Positions 41,795-50,953 of a stretch of 64,000 nucleotides of DNA are shown here, piece after piece. The DNA is from an uncultured Chloroflexia bacterium. GTDB taxonomy: Bacteria; Chloroflexota; Limnocylindria; Limnocylindrales; CSP1-4. The notes under the pieces were generated by a model. It was not told the DNA's origin. It did no database searches and saw nothing but the letters and a program-made list of their open reading frames with translations. The stretch covers positions 160,001 through 224,000 of the forward strand of contig CAVVJT010000003.1 of assembly GCA_963748625.1 (NCBI GenBank), in the 5' to 3' direction. Position 1 is the first letter of the stretch, and every line of letters begins with the position of its first letter. The position numbers and the translations under genes were made by a program.

Positions 41795-42565
41795 TCAGGC
41801 GCTGATGACGGTGCCCACGCGGTCACCGCGGGCCACCTTCATCACATTGTCGGTCTCGTTGAGGTCGAACACCACGATCGGCAGGTTGTTCTCCGAGCAC
41901 AGGGACACGGCTGCGGCGTCGAGCACCTTCAGCTGGTCGCGGAGGACGTCCTGGTAGCTGAGGTGGTCGTAGCGGACCGCGGTCGGAACCTTCATCGGGT
42001 CGGCGTCGTAGACGCCATCCACCTTGGTCGCCTTGAGCAGCACCTCGGCACCGATCTCGACCGCCCTCAGGGCGGCCGCGGTGTCCGTCGTGAAATAGGG
42101 ATTGCCGGTACCGGCCACGAAGATCGCGACCCGGCCCTTCTCCAGGTGGCGGACGGCCCGCCGGCGGATGTACGGCTCGGCGATCTCGTTCATGGAGATG
42201 GCCGACATGACGCGGACCGGCACGCCGGCCCGCTCGATGGCGTCCTGCAGCGCGAGTCCGTTCATCACGGTCGCCAGCATGCCGATGTAGTCGCCCGTGG
42301 CCCGGTCCATGCCCTTCGCCGACGCGGCAAGGCCCCGGAAGATGTTGCCGCCGCCCACCACGATACCGACCTGGACGCCCATCTCATGGACCGCCGCCAC
42401 CTGCTGCGCGACGAAGGCGCAGAAGGCAGGGTCGACCCCGTACTGGCGCTCCCCCAGGAGGGCCTCGCCGGAGAGTTTGAGCAGGATCCGGTGGTAGCGG
42501 AGGCCGTCGGCGGGGGCCGTCACCGGCCCCTCACCAGTGCCGGTCTCTCGACCGGCGTCCGTCAC
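41795..42565 (-). CDS. pyrH: UMP kinase
   Basis: [41 protein letters not shown]. Confidence 0.97.
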   Translation of the reverse strand: MTDAGRETGTGEGPVTAPADGLRYHRILLKLSGEALLGERQYGVDPAFCAFVAQQVAAVHEMGVQVGIVVGGGNIFRGLAASAKGMDRATGDYIGMLATVMNGLALQDAIERAGVPVRVMSAISMNEIAEPYIRRRAVRHLEKGRVAIFVAGTGNPYFTTDTAAALRAVEIGAEVLLKATKVDGVYDADPMKVPTAVRYDHLSYQDVLRDQLKVLDAAAVSLCSENNLPIVVFDLNETDNVMKVARGDRVGTVISA

Positions 42566-43158
42566 ATCTCCTCCCCGAGCGCGAAGCGGACGAAGCGGCG
42601 CACGCGGATGTTCTCGCCGATTGTCGCGATCCGGTCGGTCACGAGCTCCCGCACCGTGCGGTCCTCGTCGCGGAAGGGCTGCTCGAGGAGGCAGACCTCC
42701 TTGTACCACTTCTTGAGCTGGCCCTCGACGATCTTCTCGCGGATCGCCTCTGGCTTGCTCTGGACCGACTCGTCGGCGACGAGCGCGGCCTTCTTGGCCG
42801 TGACGACATCTTCAGGGATGCGGTCCACGTCCACGTACAGTGCGCCGAGGCCCGCGACCTGCATGGCGAGGTCCTTCACGAGCCGCTGGAACTCATCGGT
42901 ACGGGCGACGAAGTCCGTCTCGCAGTTGACCTCGATCAGCACGCCGACGCGGCCGCCGGTGTGGATGTAGCTCGAGACGAGGCCCTCGCGTGCGTCGCGG
43001 CCGGCCTTCTTCTGGGCGGCGGCGAGACCACGCTCGCGCAGGTTCGCGACGGCCTGGTCCAGGTCGCCGCCGGTCTCCTCCAGCGCGCGCTTGCAGTCCA
43101 TCATGCCGGCGCCCGTGCGCTCGCGCAGCTCCTTGACCATGTCGGCGGTGATCGCCAT
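42562..43158 (-). CDS. tsf: Elongation factor Ts (short form)
   Basis: [35 protein letters not shown]. Confidence 0.97.
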   Translation of the reverse strand: MAITADMVKELRERTGAGMMDCKRALEETGGDLDQAVANLRERGLAAAQKKAGRDAREGLVSSYIHTGGRVGVLIEVNCETDFVARTDEFQRLVKDLAMQVAGLGALYVDVDRIPEDVVTAKKAALVADESVQSKPEAIREKIVEGQLKKWYKEVCLLEQPFRDEDRTVRELVTDRIATIGENIRVRRFVRFALGEEM

Positions 43159-43299
43159 TCCGACTGTGCTCCTGTTCGTGACTGGGCGCGCAGGCGGGCC
43201 TGCACGCCGGACGATGTCGATCTACCCCGGGCCGGCGTGCGATTGCCGCCGGGCGGGGTGGGGCCCGGCCTGGCCCAGGTGGGCCGGCCGGATGCGGTG

Positions 43300-44208
43300 T
43301 CAGCCTGCGGCGTCGGCCTCGGGGGCGACGGCCGGGGCTGCCGCGGGGGCTGCGGCGGGGGCGCCGGGCAGCAGGTCGTCGTCGAGCTCCGGGTCGAAGG
43401 ACAGTGTGCCGCCGGCCGCCAGCTTGGCAACCAGGTCTGCGTCCGCAGCCGCGACGTCGAACTCCGGCTCAGCCATGGCTGCCGGGGCCTCGCGGACCTC
43501 GGCCTCCGACGAGGTGCGTGCAGCACGCTCGCGGGCACCCTCGATGCACGCGTCCGCGACCAGCTGGCAGAGCAGCCGGATCGAGCGGATGGCGTCGTCG
43601 TTGGCCGGGATGATGAAGTCGAGCTCGTCGGGATCGACGTTGGTGTCGCCCGTGCCCACGACCGGGATCTCGAGCTTGTTCGCCTCGGTGACGGCGATGC
43701 GCTCGCGGTGCGGATCCACGATGAAGATGGCGCCCGGCTGGCGCTTCATCTTGCGGATGCCGCCGAGAGTGGCCTGGAGCTTGTTCAGCTCCTCCATCTT
43801 CCCTGCAGCCTCCTTCTTGGGCAGCCGGTCGAAGTCACCGTTGAGGTGCTGGGCCTCGAGCTGCTCGAGCAGGCCGATGCGCTTCCGGATGGTGACGAAG
43901 TTGGTCATCATGCCGCCGAGCCAGCGCTTGGTGACGAACGGCTGGCCAGCGCGGATGGCCTCCTGCATCACCGGCTCCTGCGCCTGCTTCTTCGTGCCCA
44001 CGAAGAGCACGTAGTCGCCGCGCGCGACGGTCTCGGAGACGAACTCCAGCGCCGAGTCGAGACGCTTGACCGTCTGGGCCAGGTCGATGATGTGGATCCC
44101 GTTGCGCTCCGCGAAGATGTACGGCTTCATCTTCGGGTTCCAGCGGCGGGTCTGATGTCCGAAGTGGACGCCGGCCTCAAGCAGCTGGCGCATGGACACG
44201 GTGGGCAC
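43300..44208 (-). CDS. rpsB: 30S ribosomal protein S2
   Basis: [33 protein letters not shown]; AGGAGG SD. Confidence 0.98.
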   Translation of the reverse strand: MPTVSMRQLLEAGVHFGHQTRRWNPKMKPYIFAERNGIHIIDLAQTVKRLDSALEFVSETVARGDYVLFVGTKKQAQEPVMQEAIRAGQPFVTKRWLGGMMTNFVTIRKRIGLLEQLEAQHLNGDFDRLPKKEAAGKMEELNKLQATLGGIRKMKRQPGAIFIVDPHRERIAVTEANKLEIPVVGTGDTNVDPDELDFIIPANDDAIRSIRLLCQLVADACIEGARERAARTSSEAEVREAPAAMAEPEFDVAAADADLVAKLAAGGTLSFDPELDDDLLPGAPAAAPAAAPAVAPEADAAG

Positions 44209-44397
44209 TGGCAGCCTCCTGCGGTTGGTTCCTCCGCGGACCTCCGACGGGGGCCTGGTGCCGGCGCGGTTCGGCCGGTCCATGGGCACCGTCCCGTTCG
44301 GGCGGGTGTCCGCGTGTGTGCTCCGTTCCGGCGACATGCCGGAAGCGGGCGTGATTGACCACCACGGACACGCCGCGGCGAGGGCGGAGTGTACCAC
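44209..44397 (-). promoter_or_regulatory. rpsB promoter (extended -10) and long structured 5' leader
   Basis: TGG-TACACT at 44396-44388; GC stems and CACAC in the leader; rpsB leaders are known S2-autoregulated elements. Confidence 0.45.
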
Positions 44398-44679
44398 AGG
44401 GGGTCGCCAAGCCCGGTCCCGGAACCTGTCCCGGGCCGGCCGGTGGTCCGGGCGAGCCGGCCGGGCCTCGGGGCCTTGCACGCACCGCAATACCTCCGGC
44501 GTCCTCCGCTGCGGCGTTGCGCCTTTGGCACCGCGTCGACCCTCGAACGACTCGAAGCGCCCTCGCATAGGGCATTTCGTGGCGAACTCGTGCGGGCCAG
44601 GCAACACGACGCCCGATGACCCTCGAAGCATTGCCCTGAACACACCCTGGGCTCCGGTGCGCTGGCCGCCCGCTGCGGC

Positions 44680-45081
44680 TCATGGCCGTACAGCACGATG
44701 GTGCCGGACCGCCAGCCCGCCATCGGGGCCCGGATCGACCGCCACCAGGTCCACCCGCAGCGGGTGCGAAGGCAGCCGGGTGCCGCCGGGAAGCGACCCA
44801 GCCTCCAGCAGTGCCCCGACCGCCCTGCGAAGCGCAGCACGCTTGCGGTAATCGAGCGACTCCTCGGCCAGCCCGAAGTCGCGCCGGTTGCGCCATCGGA
44901 CCTCGACCACGACGAGCATCGCCGGTGGCCCTGGGTCCACGCCGATGATGTCCAGTTCCGAGCGGCCGACCCGCACGTTGCGAGCCAGGATCTGCCAGCC
45001 GGCCTCTGCGAGCCGGTCAGCAACCACGTCCTCGGCCGCGTCGCCCACACGCTGGGCTTCCGTCGTCGTCTGGCGCTGCAT
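44680..45081 (-). CDS. yraN: YraN family putative endonuclease
   Basis: GDAAED..L...GWQILARNVR..ELDIIG..VVVEVR..RVDLVAV. Confidence 0.88.
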   Translation of the reverse strand: MQRQTTTEAQRVGDAAEDVVADRLAEAGWQILARNVRVGRSELDIIGVDPGPPAMLVVVEVRWRNRRDFGLAEESLDYRKRAALRRAVGALLEAGSLPGGTRLPSHPLRVDLVAVDPGPDGGLAVRHHRAVRP

Positions 45082-45116
45082 GCCGCCGAGGATCGCAGCG
45101 GCCGCTTATGCGCGGC

Positions 45117-45509
45117 TTACGGGAGGTGGACGACCTGCCGGTGATCCCCCGTCGCATTGTGCAATTCCAGCAGCAGGGGCTGCTCGTGGCCCTCGAGGGC
45201 GGCCACCGCGATCCGGCCATACGGTCCGACGCCGATGATGAGCACGGGAGCGCCAGGACGGAGGTCGAAGATGACATCGCCTGCCACCATCGTCTCGTCA
45301 TCGACCTCCACGACCAGGATGCTGCCGTTCCCGCGCGGCTCCTCGATCAGGTTGATCCCGAAGCTCCCGCCCTCGCCCGGACAGACGCCGGACGCACCAC
45401 CCATCGCGAACTGCACCTCGAGGCACGCGCCAACGTCGGCCTCCTGGAGGACCAACCGCCACGGGCTGTCACCGAGCCGCCCTGACGTGGGCGGCTTCCT
45501 CGTGGCCAC
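45117..45509 (-). CDS. Hypothetical protein (130 aa)
   Basis: Fills the rnhB-yraN gap; TACGCT 6 nt before GTG; globular-looking composition. Confidence 0.5.
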   Translation of the reverse strand: MATRKPPTSGRLGDSPWRLVLQEADVGACLEVQFAMGGASGVCPGEGGSFGINLIEEPRGNGSILVVEVDDETMVAGDVIFDLRPGAPVLIIGVGPYGRIAVAALEGHEQPLLLELHNATGDHRQVVHLP

Positions 45510-45618
45510 AGACTCAGCGTAGGGTCACCAGCGCGGCGTCCGTGCGGGGACTGCACGCCATGTCGAGGTTCGTTGCACGCGGCGTGCGGGCACGGCCGCC
45601 AGGTGACTCCCAGCCGGG

Positions 45619-46359
45619 TCACGGTGCGGCGAAGGCGTTGGCGGCAAGGAGGTCGGCCTCGTCGGGGATGAGGTCGGCCGGCAACGGCGCCTCCCCTGCT
45701 CCACCGCCCGTGTCGAACAGGGACAGCTGGTCACCTGCGAGCAGCGTGTGGAGCGCCTGGAACGAGCGGCGATGGTGCGGCGTCAGGCCGTGCGCCCGGA
45801 TCGCGTCCCGGTGCTCCTTCGTGGCATAACCCTGGTTGCGCTCCCAGCCGTACTCCGGGTACCGCAGTGCGAGCCCGCCCATCATGCGGTCGCGCACGGT
45901 CTTGGCCACCACCGATGCGCACGCGATCGAGTAGACCTTCGCGTCACCGTCCACGATGGCCGTGTACGGACCCACCTGCTGCTCGAAGCGTGCAATGCGA
46001 TTGCCGTCCACCAGGACGTGCTCATGACCACCCAGGCGGGCGATCGCCCGGCGCATCGCGAGGTGGGTGGCGTGGTAGATGTTGAGCTGGTCGATCTCGG
46101 CCACCGACGCCGCGCCCACGCCCACCGCCACGGCCCTCCGCAGGATGACGGGGGCGAGGCGGTCGCGCTGGAGCGCCGACAGCGTCTTGGAGTCGCGGAC
46201 GCCCTCGATGCGCTTGCAGTTGACCGGCATGATCACGGCCGCCGCGACAACCGCGCCACAGGTGGGCGCCACGCCGACCTCGTCCACGCCGACCACGCGC
46301 GTCATTCCGGCGTTCCAGAGGGGACGCTCCCAGCGCAGGGTGGGGACGATCACGGCCAT
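45619..46359 (-). CDS. rnhB: Ribonuclease HII (variant active-site region)
   Basis: GVDEVG, RDSKTL, EIDQLNI, LVDGN, GDAKVYSIACASVVAK.VRD, GY.T..H, HHRRSF. Confidence 0.92.
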   Translation of the reverse strand: MAVIVPTLRWERPLWNAGMTRVVGVDEVGVAPTCGAVVAAAVIMPVNCKRIEGVRDSKTLSALQRDRLAPVILRRAVAVGVGAASVAEIDQLNIYHATHLAMRRAIARLGGHEHVLVDGNRIARFEQQVGPYTAIVDGDAKVYSIACASVVAKTVRDRMMGGLALRYPEYGWERNQGYATKEHRDAIRAHGLTPHHRRSFQALHTLLAGDQLSLFDTGGGAGEAPLPADLIPDEADLLAANAFAAP

Positions 46360-46404
46360 CGCCCGACAGCGTAGCGCGCCGCGCCCGGTGGCACACTGGC
46401 ACGC

Positions 46405-47238
46405 ATGAAACGCCCCTTCGCGCAGGTCGACGTCTTCACCACCGGGCCCGGACTCGGCAACCCGCTCGCCGTCGTACTCGACGCCACAGGCCTCACGACC
46501 GACGAGATGCGCCGCTTCGCCCGCTGGACCAACCTCTCCGAGACGACCTTCGTCCTCCCGCCGGACGACCCTGCCGCCGACTACCGGGTCCGGATCTTCA
46601 CGCCCGATGACGAGCTTCCCTTCGCGGGCCACCCGACGCTCGGCACCTGCCACGCATGGCTGGAAGCGGGCGGGCAGCCGGCGCGGGATGGCGTCGTCAT
46701 CCAGCAGTGCGGCGCGGGGCTCGTGGAGATCCGGCAGCGCCCTGACGGGCAGCTCGCATTCGCCGCCCCGCCGCTGATCCGCTCGGGTGAGGTTGAGGAG
46801 GCGCTCATCGCGCGGATCGCGGCGTCCATCGGCCTGGCCCGCGAGGACATCCTCGACGCGCAGTGGGTGGACAATGGCCCGGGCTGGGTTGGCGTGCTGC
46901 TGCGGGATGCGCAGGCCGTGCTGGACGTGCAGCCGGGCGATGTGTTCCTCGACCTCGGGCTGCTCGGCCTCTACCCGTCAGGCTCCGAGGTGGCGCTGGA
47001 GCTGCGGGCGCTGTATCCGCAGAACGGCTACGTCGTGGAGGACCCCGTCACCGGCAGCCTCAATGCGTCGGCCGCGGGATGGCTGCTCGCGACCGGCCGG
47101 CTGGTCGCGCCGTACACCGCGAGCCAGGGCGCCGCCATCGGGCGGGCGGGCAGGATCTCGATCACGCAGGATGTTGCCGGGACCGTCTGGACCGGCGGCC
47201 GGACGGTCACCGTTGTCCAGGGGACGGTCTCGATCTAG
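46405..47238 (+). CDS. PhzF family isomerase
   Basis: QVDVFT..GNPLAVV, NLSETTF, RIFTP..ELPFAGHPTLG, EDPVTGS. Confidence 0.93.
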   Translation: MKRPFAQVDVFTTGPGLGNPLAVVLDATGLTTDEMRRFARWTNLSETTFVLPPDDPAADYRVRIFTPDDELPFAGHPTLGTCHAWLEAGGQPARDGVVIQQCGAGLVEIRQRPDGQLAFAAPPLIRSGEVEEALIARIAASIGLAREDILDAQWVDNGPGWVGVLLRDAQAVLDVQPGDVFLDLGLLGLYPSGSEVALELRALYPQNGYVVEDPVTGSLNASAAGWLLATGRLVAPYTASQGAAIGRAGRISITQDVAGTVWTGGRTVTVVQGTVSI

Positions 47239-47247
47239 GACCGGCTG

Positions 47248-47306
47248 GAGGCGCTCGCCAGACCGCGAGGCGCTCGCCAGACCGCGAGGCGCTCGCCAGA
47301 CCGCGA
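47248..47306. repeat. Intergenic 19-bp perfect tandem repeat, 3 copies
   Basis: gaggcgctcgccagaccgc at 47248, 47267 and 47286. Confidence 0.95.
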
Positions 47307-47315
47307 CTGCGGGAA

Positions 47316-47471
47316 GTCTCGGGTCCAGGTGGCGCCCTGACTCAACCCCGGGGTCCTCAGGTGATGCACCGTGCGGCAGGCGTGCACCCAGGTCCAGTCA
47401 GCTGCACGTCCCGTGCACGGATGGCCGTTCCCTGACTCCCGGCGGGTTCAGCGGGGTGACATGCGGGAGAC
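47316..47471. ncRNA. Candidate structured RNA (long imperfect rod hairpin)
   Basis: Nested complementary segments gtctc/gagac, ctga..aaccc/gggttcag, ccggg/cccgg, tcagg/cctga, ccgtgc/gcacgg, cgtgca/tgcacg. Confidence 0.35.
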
Positions 47472-47549
47472 GACGTGGCGCGCCGAACGCGGGGGATGGA
47501 GAGGCAGCCCCGCCCTGCGGCGGGCCCGGCTGGTCCGGCGACCCCGGGG

Positions 47550-48086
47550 TCAGCCCTGGTGGGCGGCCTGGTATTCCTCGATCGCCTGCTCGAACGTGTG
47601 GTCCGGCGTGATGTCGATGTGGATCACCGGCTGTGCCGCGTGGAACTCGACGGTCTTGGTCACGAACTCGGCCCACGCGTCCACGTCGGCAGGCTCGATG
47701 GCCACGATGAGGCCGCTGCGGCCCTCGCGCATCAGGTTGCCCACGGACTTGAGGTCCTTGTTCTGCATGCCGCTGTCACGCAGCGCCGCAGCGACCGCAC
47801 CAACGCCGGCACCCACCGCCACCGCGCCGAGACCGACCGGGCCGGCCGCCACGAGCAAGGCGCCGAGCGCCCCGCCGAACAGTCCGCCGCGCTTCGCCCC
47901 AGGATCCGTCCCCTTGTCGCCCTCGAGCTTGACCTTGCCCTCGCGATCCTTTGTCGCAAGCGCCCAGTCGAGAAGCTTGAACGCCTTCGCATCGGCCGCC
48001 TCCTCGACGAGGAAGAGGACGTTGCGCGCGATCATCTCCTCGGAGAAGCCCATGAGGATGAGGTGGGCGGTCTTGAGCTCAGCCAT
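47550..48086 (-). CDS. DUF1269-like membrane protein
   Basis: D.ALATKDREGKVKL, Gly-rich helix GGLFGGALGALL..GPVGLG..GAGVGA. Confidence 0.7.
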   Translation of the reverse strand: MAELKTAHLILMGFSEEMIARNVLFLVEEAADAKAFKLLDWALATKDREGKVKLEGDKGTDPGAKRGGLFGGALGALLVAAGPVGLGAVAVGAGVGAVAAALRDSGMQNKDLKSVGNLMREGRSGLIVAIEPADVDAWAEFVTKTVEFHAAQPVIHIDITPDHTFEQAIEEYQAAHQG

Positions 48087-48197
48087 GGGTGGAACCCTCC
48101 TGGGGGCGGCCCGAGCGCCGCCCGATTGGCACAGGCTACATCGGGACGGCGCGATGGCAACCTCCGGAAGGGATGACTCGCGTGCCCGGACATGCGA

Positions 48198-48222
48198 CGA
48201 CCCCCGCACATCGCGGGGGTCG
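48198..48222 (-). terminator. Hairpin downstream of rplS
   Basis: cgacccccgc-acatc-gcgggggtcg; weak U tract. Confidence 0.5.
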
Positions 48223-48260
48223 CAAGGTTCGCGCGGGGCGGGCTCGAGGCCCGCCCGAGG

Positions 48261-48602
48261 TTAGCGGCGCTCGCGGAGCGTCGCGGCCTTGCCGACCCGG
48301 TTGCGCAGGAAGTACAGCTTCGCGCGGCGGACCTGGCCGTGGCGGACGACTTCGATCTTCTCAATGCGCGGGCTGTGGAGCTTGAATGAGCGCTCCACGC
48401 CGACACCCGACGCGATGCGGCGAACGGTGATCGTCGAGGCGATCCCGGCGTTGCGCATCCGCATCACGATGCCCTCGAAGACCTGGATGCGCTCGCGGTT
48501 ACCCTCGACGACCTTCGCAGACACCTTGACGGTGTCGCCCGGGATGATCTCCGGAAGGTCGGTGCGCAGCTGGTCCTGCACGATCTCGTTGAGCACGTTC
48601 AC
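48261..48602 (-). CDS. rplS: 50S ribosomal protein L19
   Basis: [37 protein letters not shown]. Confidence 0.98.
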   Translation of the reverse strand: MNVLNEIVQDQLRTDLPEIIPGDTVKVSAKVVEGNRERIQVFEGIVMRMRNAGIASTITVRRIASGVGVERSFKLHSPRIEKIEVVRHGQVRRAKLYFLRNRVGKAATLRERR

Positions 48603-48708
48603 GGCTGATGGATCCCTTGTTCGGTCGTCGGCAGCGGCGGCTGCGGTGGTCACGGTTCCGGGGCGGCCAATCACACAGCGGCGGGGCCGACGGCGGAGGA
48701 TAGCACGG

Positions 48709-49482
48709 TCAGGCGGGCGTGTCAGGCCCGGGAGCCTGCCCGTCGGCCTGGACAGCGACCTGCTCCGCACGGATCTCCGTGAGCAGCCTGCCCTCCTCCT
48801 TGGTGTACGTCCGCCCGTGGAGCAGCTCCGGCCTGCGCTCCAGCGTCCGCCGCAGGGACTCCTTGAGTCGCCAGCGCCGGACCTTCTCGTGGTGGCCCGA
48901 GACCAGGATGTCCGGGACGGTCACGCCGCCGAACGCCGCGGGCCGCGTGAACTGCGGGTACTCCAGGAGGCCGTCCGCAAAGGACTCCTCGCCCGTGGAC
49001 GCCTCGTCGATCGCCCCGGGCAGCAGGCGGATCACCGCGTCGAGGATCACCAGCGCCGCGAGCTCGCCCCCGGTGAGCACGTAATCCCCGATGGAGAGCT
49101 CCAGGTCCACCATCGCACGCACGCGGTCGTCCACGCCCTCATAGCGGGGACAGAGGAAGACGAGGTGCGCCTGCCCGGCAAGCTCATGCGCAATGGCCTG
49201 GCGGAACTGGCGCCCGGCCGGGTCCATCAGGATGACCGTGGAGTCCGGGCGCCGGATCGCGTCGAGCGCCGCGGCGACCACGTCGGGGCGCAGGACCATG
49301 CCCGCTCCCCCGCCGTAGGTGTAGTCGTCCACGGTCCGGTGCCGCCCGAGACCCCACGCGCGCAGGTCGTGCACGCGCACAGTGGCGAGTCCCTTGTCCA
49401 GGATCCGGCCCGGGATGCTCTCCCGGAGCGGCCCCTCGACCATCGCCGGGAAGAGCGTGAGGACCTCGACCTCGAGCGCCAT
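48709..49482 (-). CDS. trmD: tRNA (guanine-N1)-methyltransferase
   Basis: [43 protein letters not shown]. Confidence 0.97.
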   Translation of the reverse strand: MALEVEVLTLFPAMVEGPLRESIPGRILDKGLATVRVHDLRAWGLGRHRTVDDYTYGGGAGMVLRPDVVAAALDAIRRPDSTVILMDPAGRQFRQAIAHELAGQAHLVFLCPRYEGVDDRVRAMVDLELSIGDYVLTGGELAALVILDAVIRLLPGAIDEASTGEESFADGLLEYPQFTRPAAFGGVTVPDILVSGHHEKVRRWRLKESLRRTLERRPELLHGRTYTKEEGRLLTEIRAEQVAVQADGQAPGPDTPA

Positions 49483-49485
49483 CGG

Positions 49486-50349
49486 TCAGTCGGACGGAGG
49501 TTCGGGCTTCGCCGGCAGTGACAGGGCAGGCATCGGACGGCCTGCGGCGGCCATGGCCTCCGCGATCTCCTCGGGACTCAGCGTGTGGGTGCCCGAGGTG
49601 CTCGGGGCCTTCGTGCCCTTCGTGGCCTTGGGGGGCTTCGCCGCCTTGGCGCCGACATCGCCCTTCGTGGCGTTCCGGGTTCCCTTGGGCGGCTGGGCCG
49701 GACCCTTGGGCTTCGGCTGCTTCTGCGGACGCCGGTCGCGCGGGCGGACGTAGTCGTCGTCCTCCACGGGGCGGGCATCGAGGTCCAGGACCGCCATGTC
49801 CACGAGCATCTCGCCCCGATCGGGCGCGAGCTCGGTGACGATGCCCTTGACGCCTGGGACGTCGATCTCGCCGCGGGGACCGCGGACCACGAAGACCTCG
49901 GCGCCGCCGGCGCGGTAGATGTCGGTGATGGTGCCCAGCTCCTCGCCGTCGGTGGAGCGGACGGCGATCCCCTCGAGCTCGTGGTAGAACCACTGCCCGG
50001 GCTGGCGCGGCTCGACAGGCAGCTCGATCTCCAGGTACGCGTCGCGCAGGGCGTCGGCAGCCTCGCGCGATGGGATCTCGCGGAAGTGGAGCCACCACCC
50101 GGGACCGTCGGCCACGGCGGCTGCCTCGTCGATGGTGAGCACCCGCGGGGTGCCCTCCACCATGAGGCGGGCGCCCACCAGGAAGCGGTCCTCGGGGCGA
50201 TCCGTCAGCAGCTCCACGCGGACATGCCCGCGCAGGCCGCGCAGGCCGCGCACGAGTGCGACGGTGAGGCGGGTGGGCGATGCGTCCGGTGAGGACGCGG
50301 AAGCAGGCGGCACCGTGTCGGCGCCGCCCACCGTGTGCTCAGGGGCCAT
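49486..50349 (-). CDS. rimM: 16S rRNA processing protein RimM with Lys-rich C-terminal tail
   Basis: GLRGHVRV..LTD.PE.RF, REAADALR, FYHELEG..V, PRC barrel; position in rpsP-khpA-rimM-trmD. Confidence 0.9.
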   Translation of the reverse strand: MAPEHTVGGADTVPPASASSPDASPTRLTVALVRGLRGLRGHVRVELLTDRPEDRFLVGARLMVEGTPRVLTIDEAAAVADGPGWWLHFREIPSREAADALRDAYLEIELPVEPRQPGQWFYHELEGIAVRSTDGEELGTITDIYRAGGAEVFVVRGPRGEIDVPGVKGIVTELAPDRGEMLVDMAVLDLDARPVEDDDYVRPRDRRPQKQPKPKGPAQPPKGTRNATKGDVGAKAAKPPKATKGTKAPSTSGTHTLSPEEIAEAMAAAGRPMPALSLPAKPEPPSD

Positions 50350-50357
50350 GCCGGCCT

Positions 50358-50597
50358 CTAGGCGTCCAGGATCTCGAGGCTGACCGGCTCGCCCGTGCGG
50401 GCGGACGTCACCTTGAGCAGGGTTCGGAGCGCCTTGGCGACGCTCCCGTTGCGCCCGATGACCTTGCCCATGTCGGCTTCGGCCACGTGCAACTCGATGA
50501 TCGTCCCGTCCTCGGCGTTGACCACTTCGACGGTGACGGCGTCGGGGTCGTCCACCAGTGACTTGGCGACGTACTCGACCAGGTCTGCGGCTGCCAT
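50358..50597 (-). CDS. khpA: KH-domain RNA-binding protein KhpA
   Basis: LVEYVAKSLVDDPD.V, DMGKVIGRNG..AKALRT. Confidence 0.93.
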   Translation of the reverse strand: MAAADLVEYVAKSLVDDPDAVTVEVVNAEDGTIIELHVAEADMGKVIGRNGSVAKALRTLLKVTSARTGEPVSLEILDA

Positions 50598-50604
50598 CGC
50601 GGGC

Positions 50605-50859
50605 CTACTTGCCGCTGGGCAGGATGCCGGCCTGCTTGAACAGGCGGCGGACGGTGTCGGACGGCTGGGCGCCCTTCGCCATCCACTCCTTGGCCTTGGC
50701 CTCGTCGACCACGACCTCCACCGGCTCGGTCCGGGGGTTGTAGTGCCCGATCGTGTCAATCGCGCGGCCATCGCGAGCCGAGCGGCCGTCGGCGACGACG
50801 AACCGGTAGGTCGGCTGCTTGGTGGCTCCGACGCGGGTCAGGCGGATGCGGACTGCCAT
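50605..50859 (-). CDS. rpsP: 30S ribosomal protein S16
   Basis: [33 protein letters not shown]. Confidence 0.98.
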   Translation of the reverse strand: MAVRIRLTRVGATKQPTYRFVVADGRSARDGRAIDTIGHYNPRTEPVEVVVDEAKAKEWMAKGAQPSDTVRRLFKQAGILPSGK

Positions 50860-50953
50860 CTGGTGCGGTGCTCCTCCATGGCGGGCCCTTGGGCCGGGCC
50901 CGCGTTCTGCTGGCGTGAAGGGTATGGGCTTGCAGCGGTTGGCGCGAACGCCG

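Noticed and set aside
42562-43158. Short EF-Ts as a truncation
   Set aside because: The ~200-aa form is a known normal variant in several phyla
44520-44645. Short direct repeats (gaccctcgaa x2) between yraN and the rpsB promoter
   Set aside because: Too short and irregular to support a call without genome-wide copy counts
47248-47306. Mini CRISPR array
   Set aside because: Repeats are contiguous with no spacers and there are no cas genes
47305-47500. Resemblance to glycine riboswitch fragments (GCGGGA..GGCGCC..CTCAGG; GCGGGAGA..CGCCGAA)
   Set aside because: Core GAAGG/GCAA elements are missing and there is no co-oriented downstream gene
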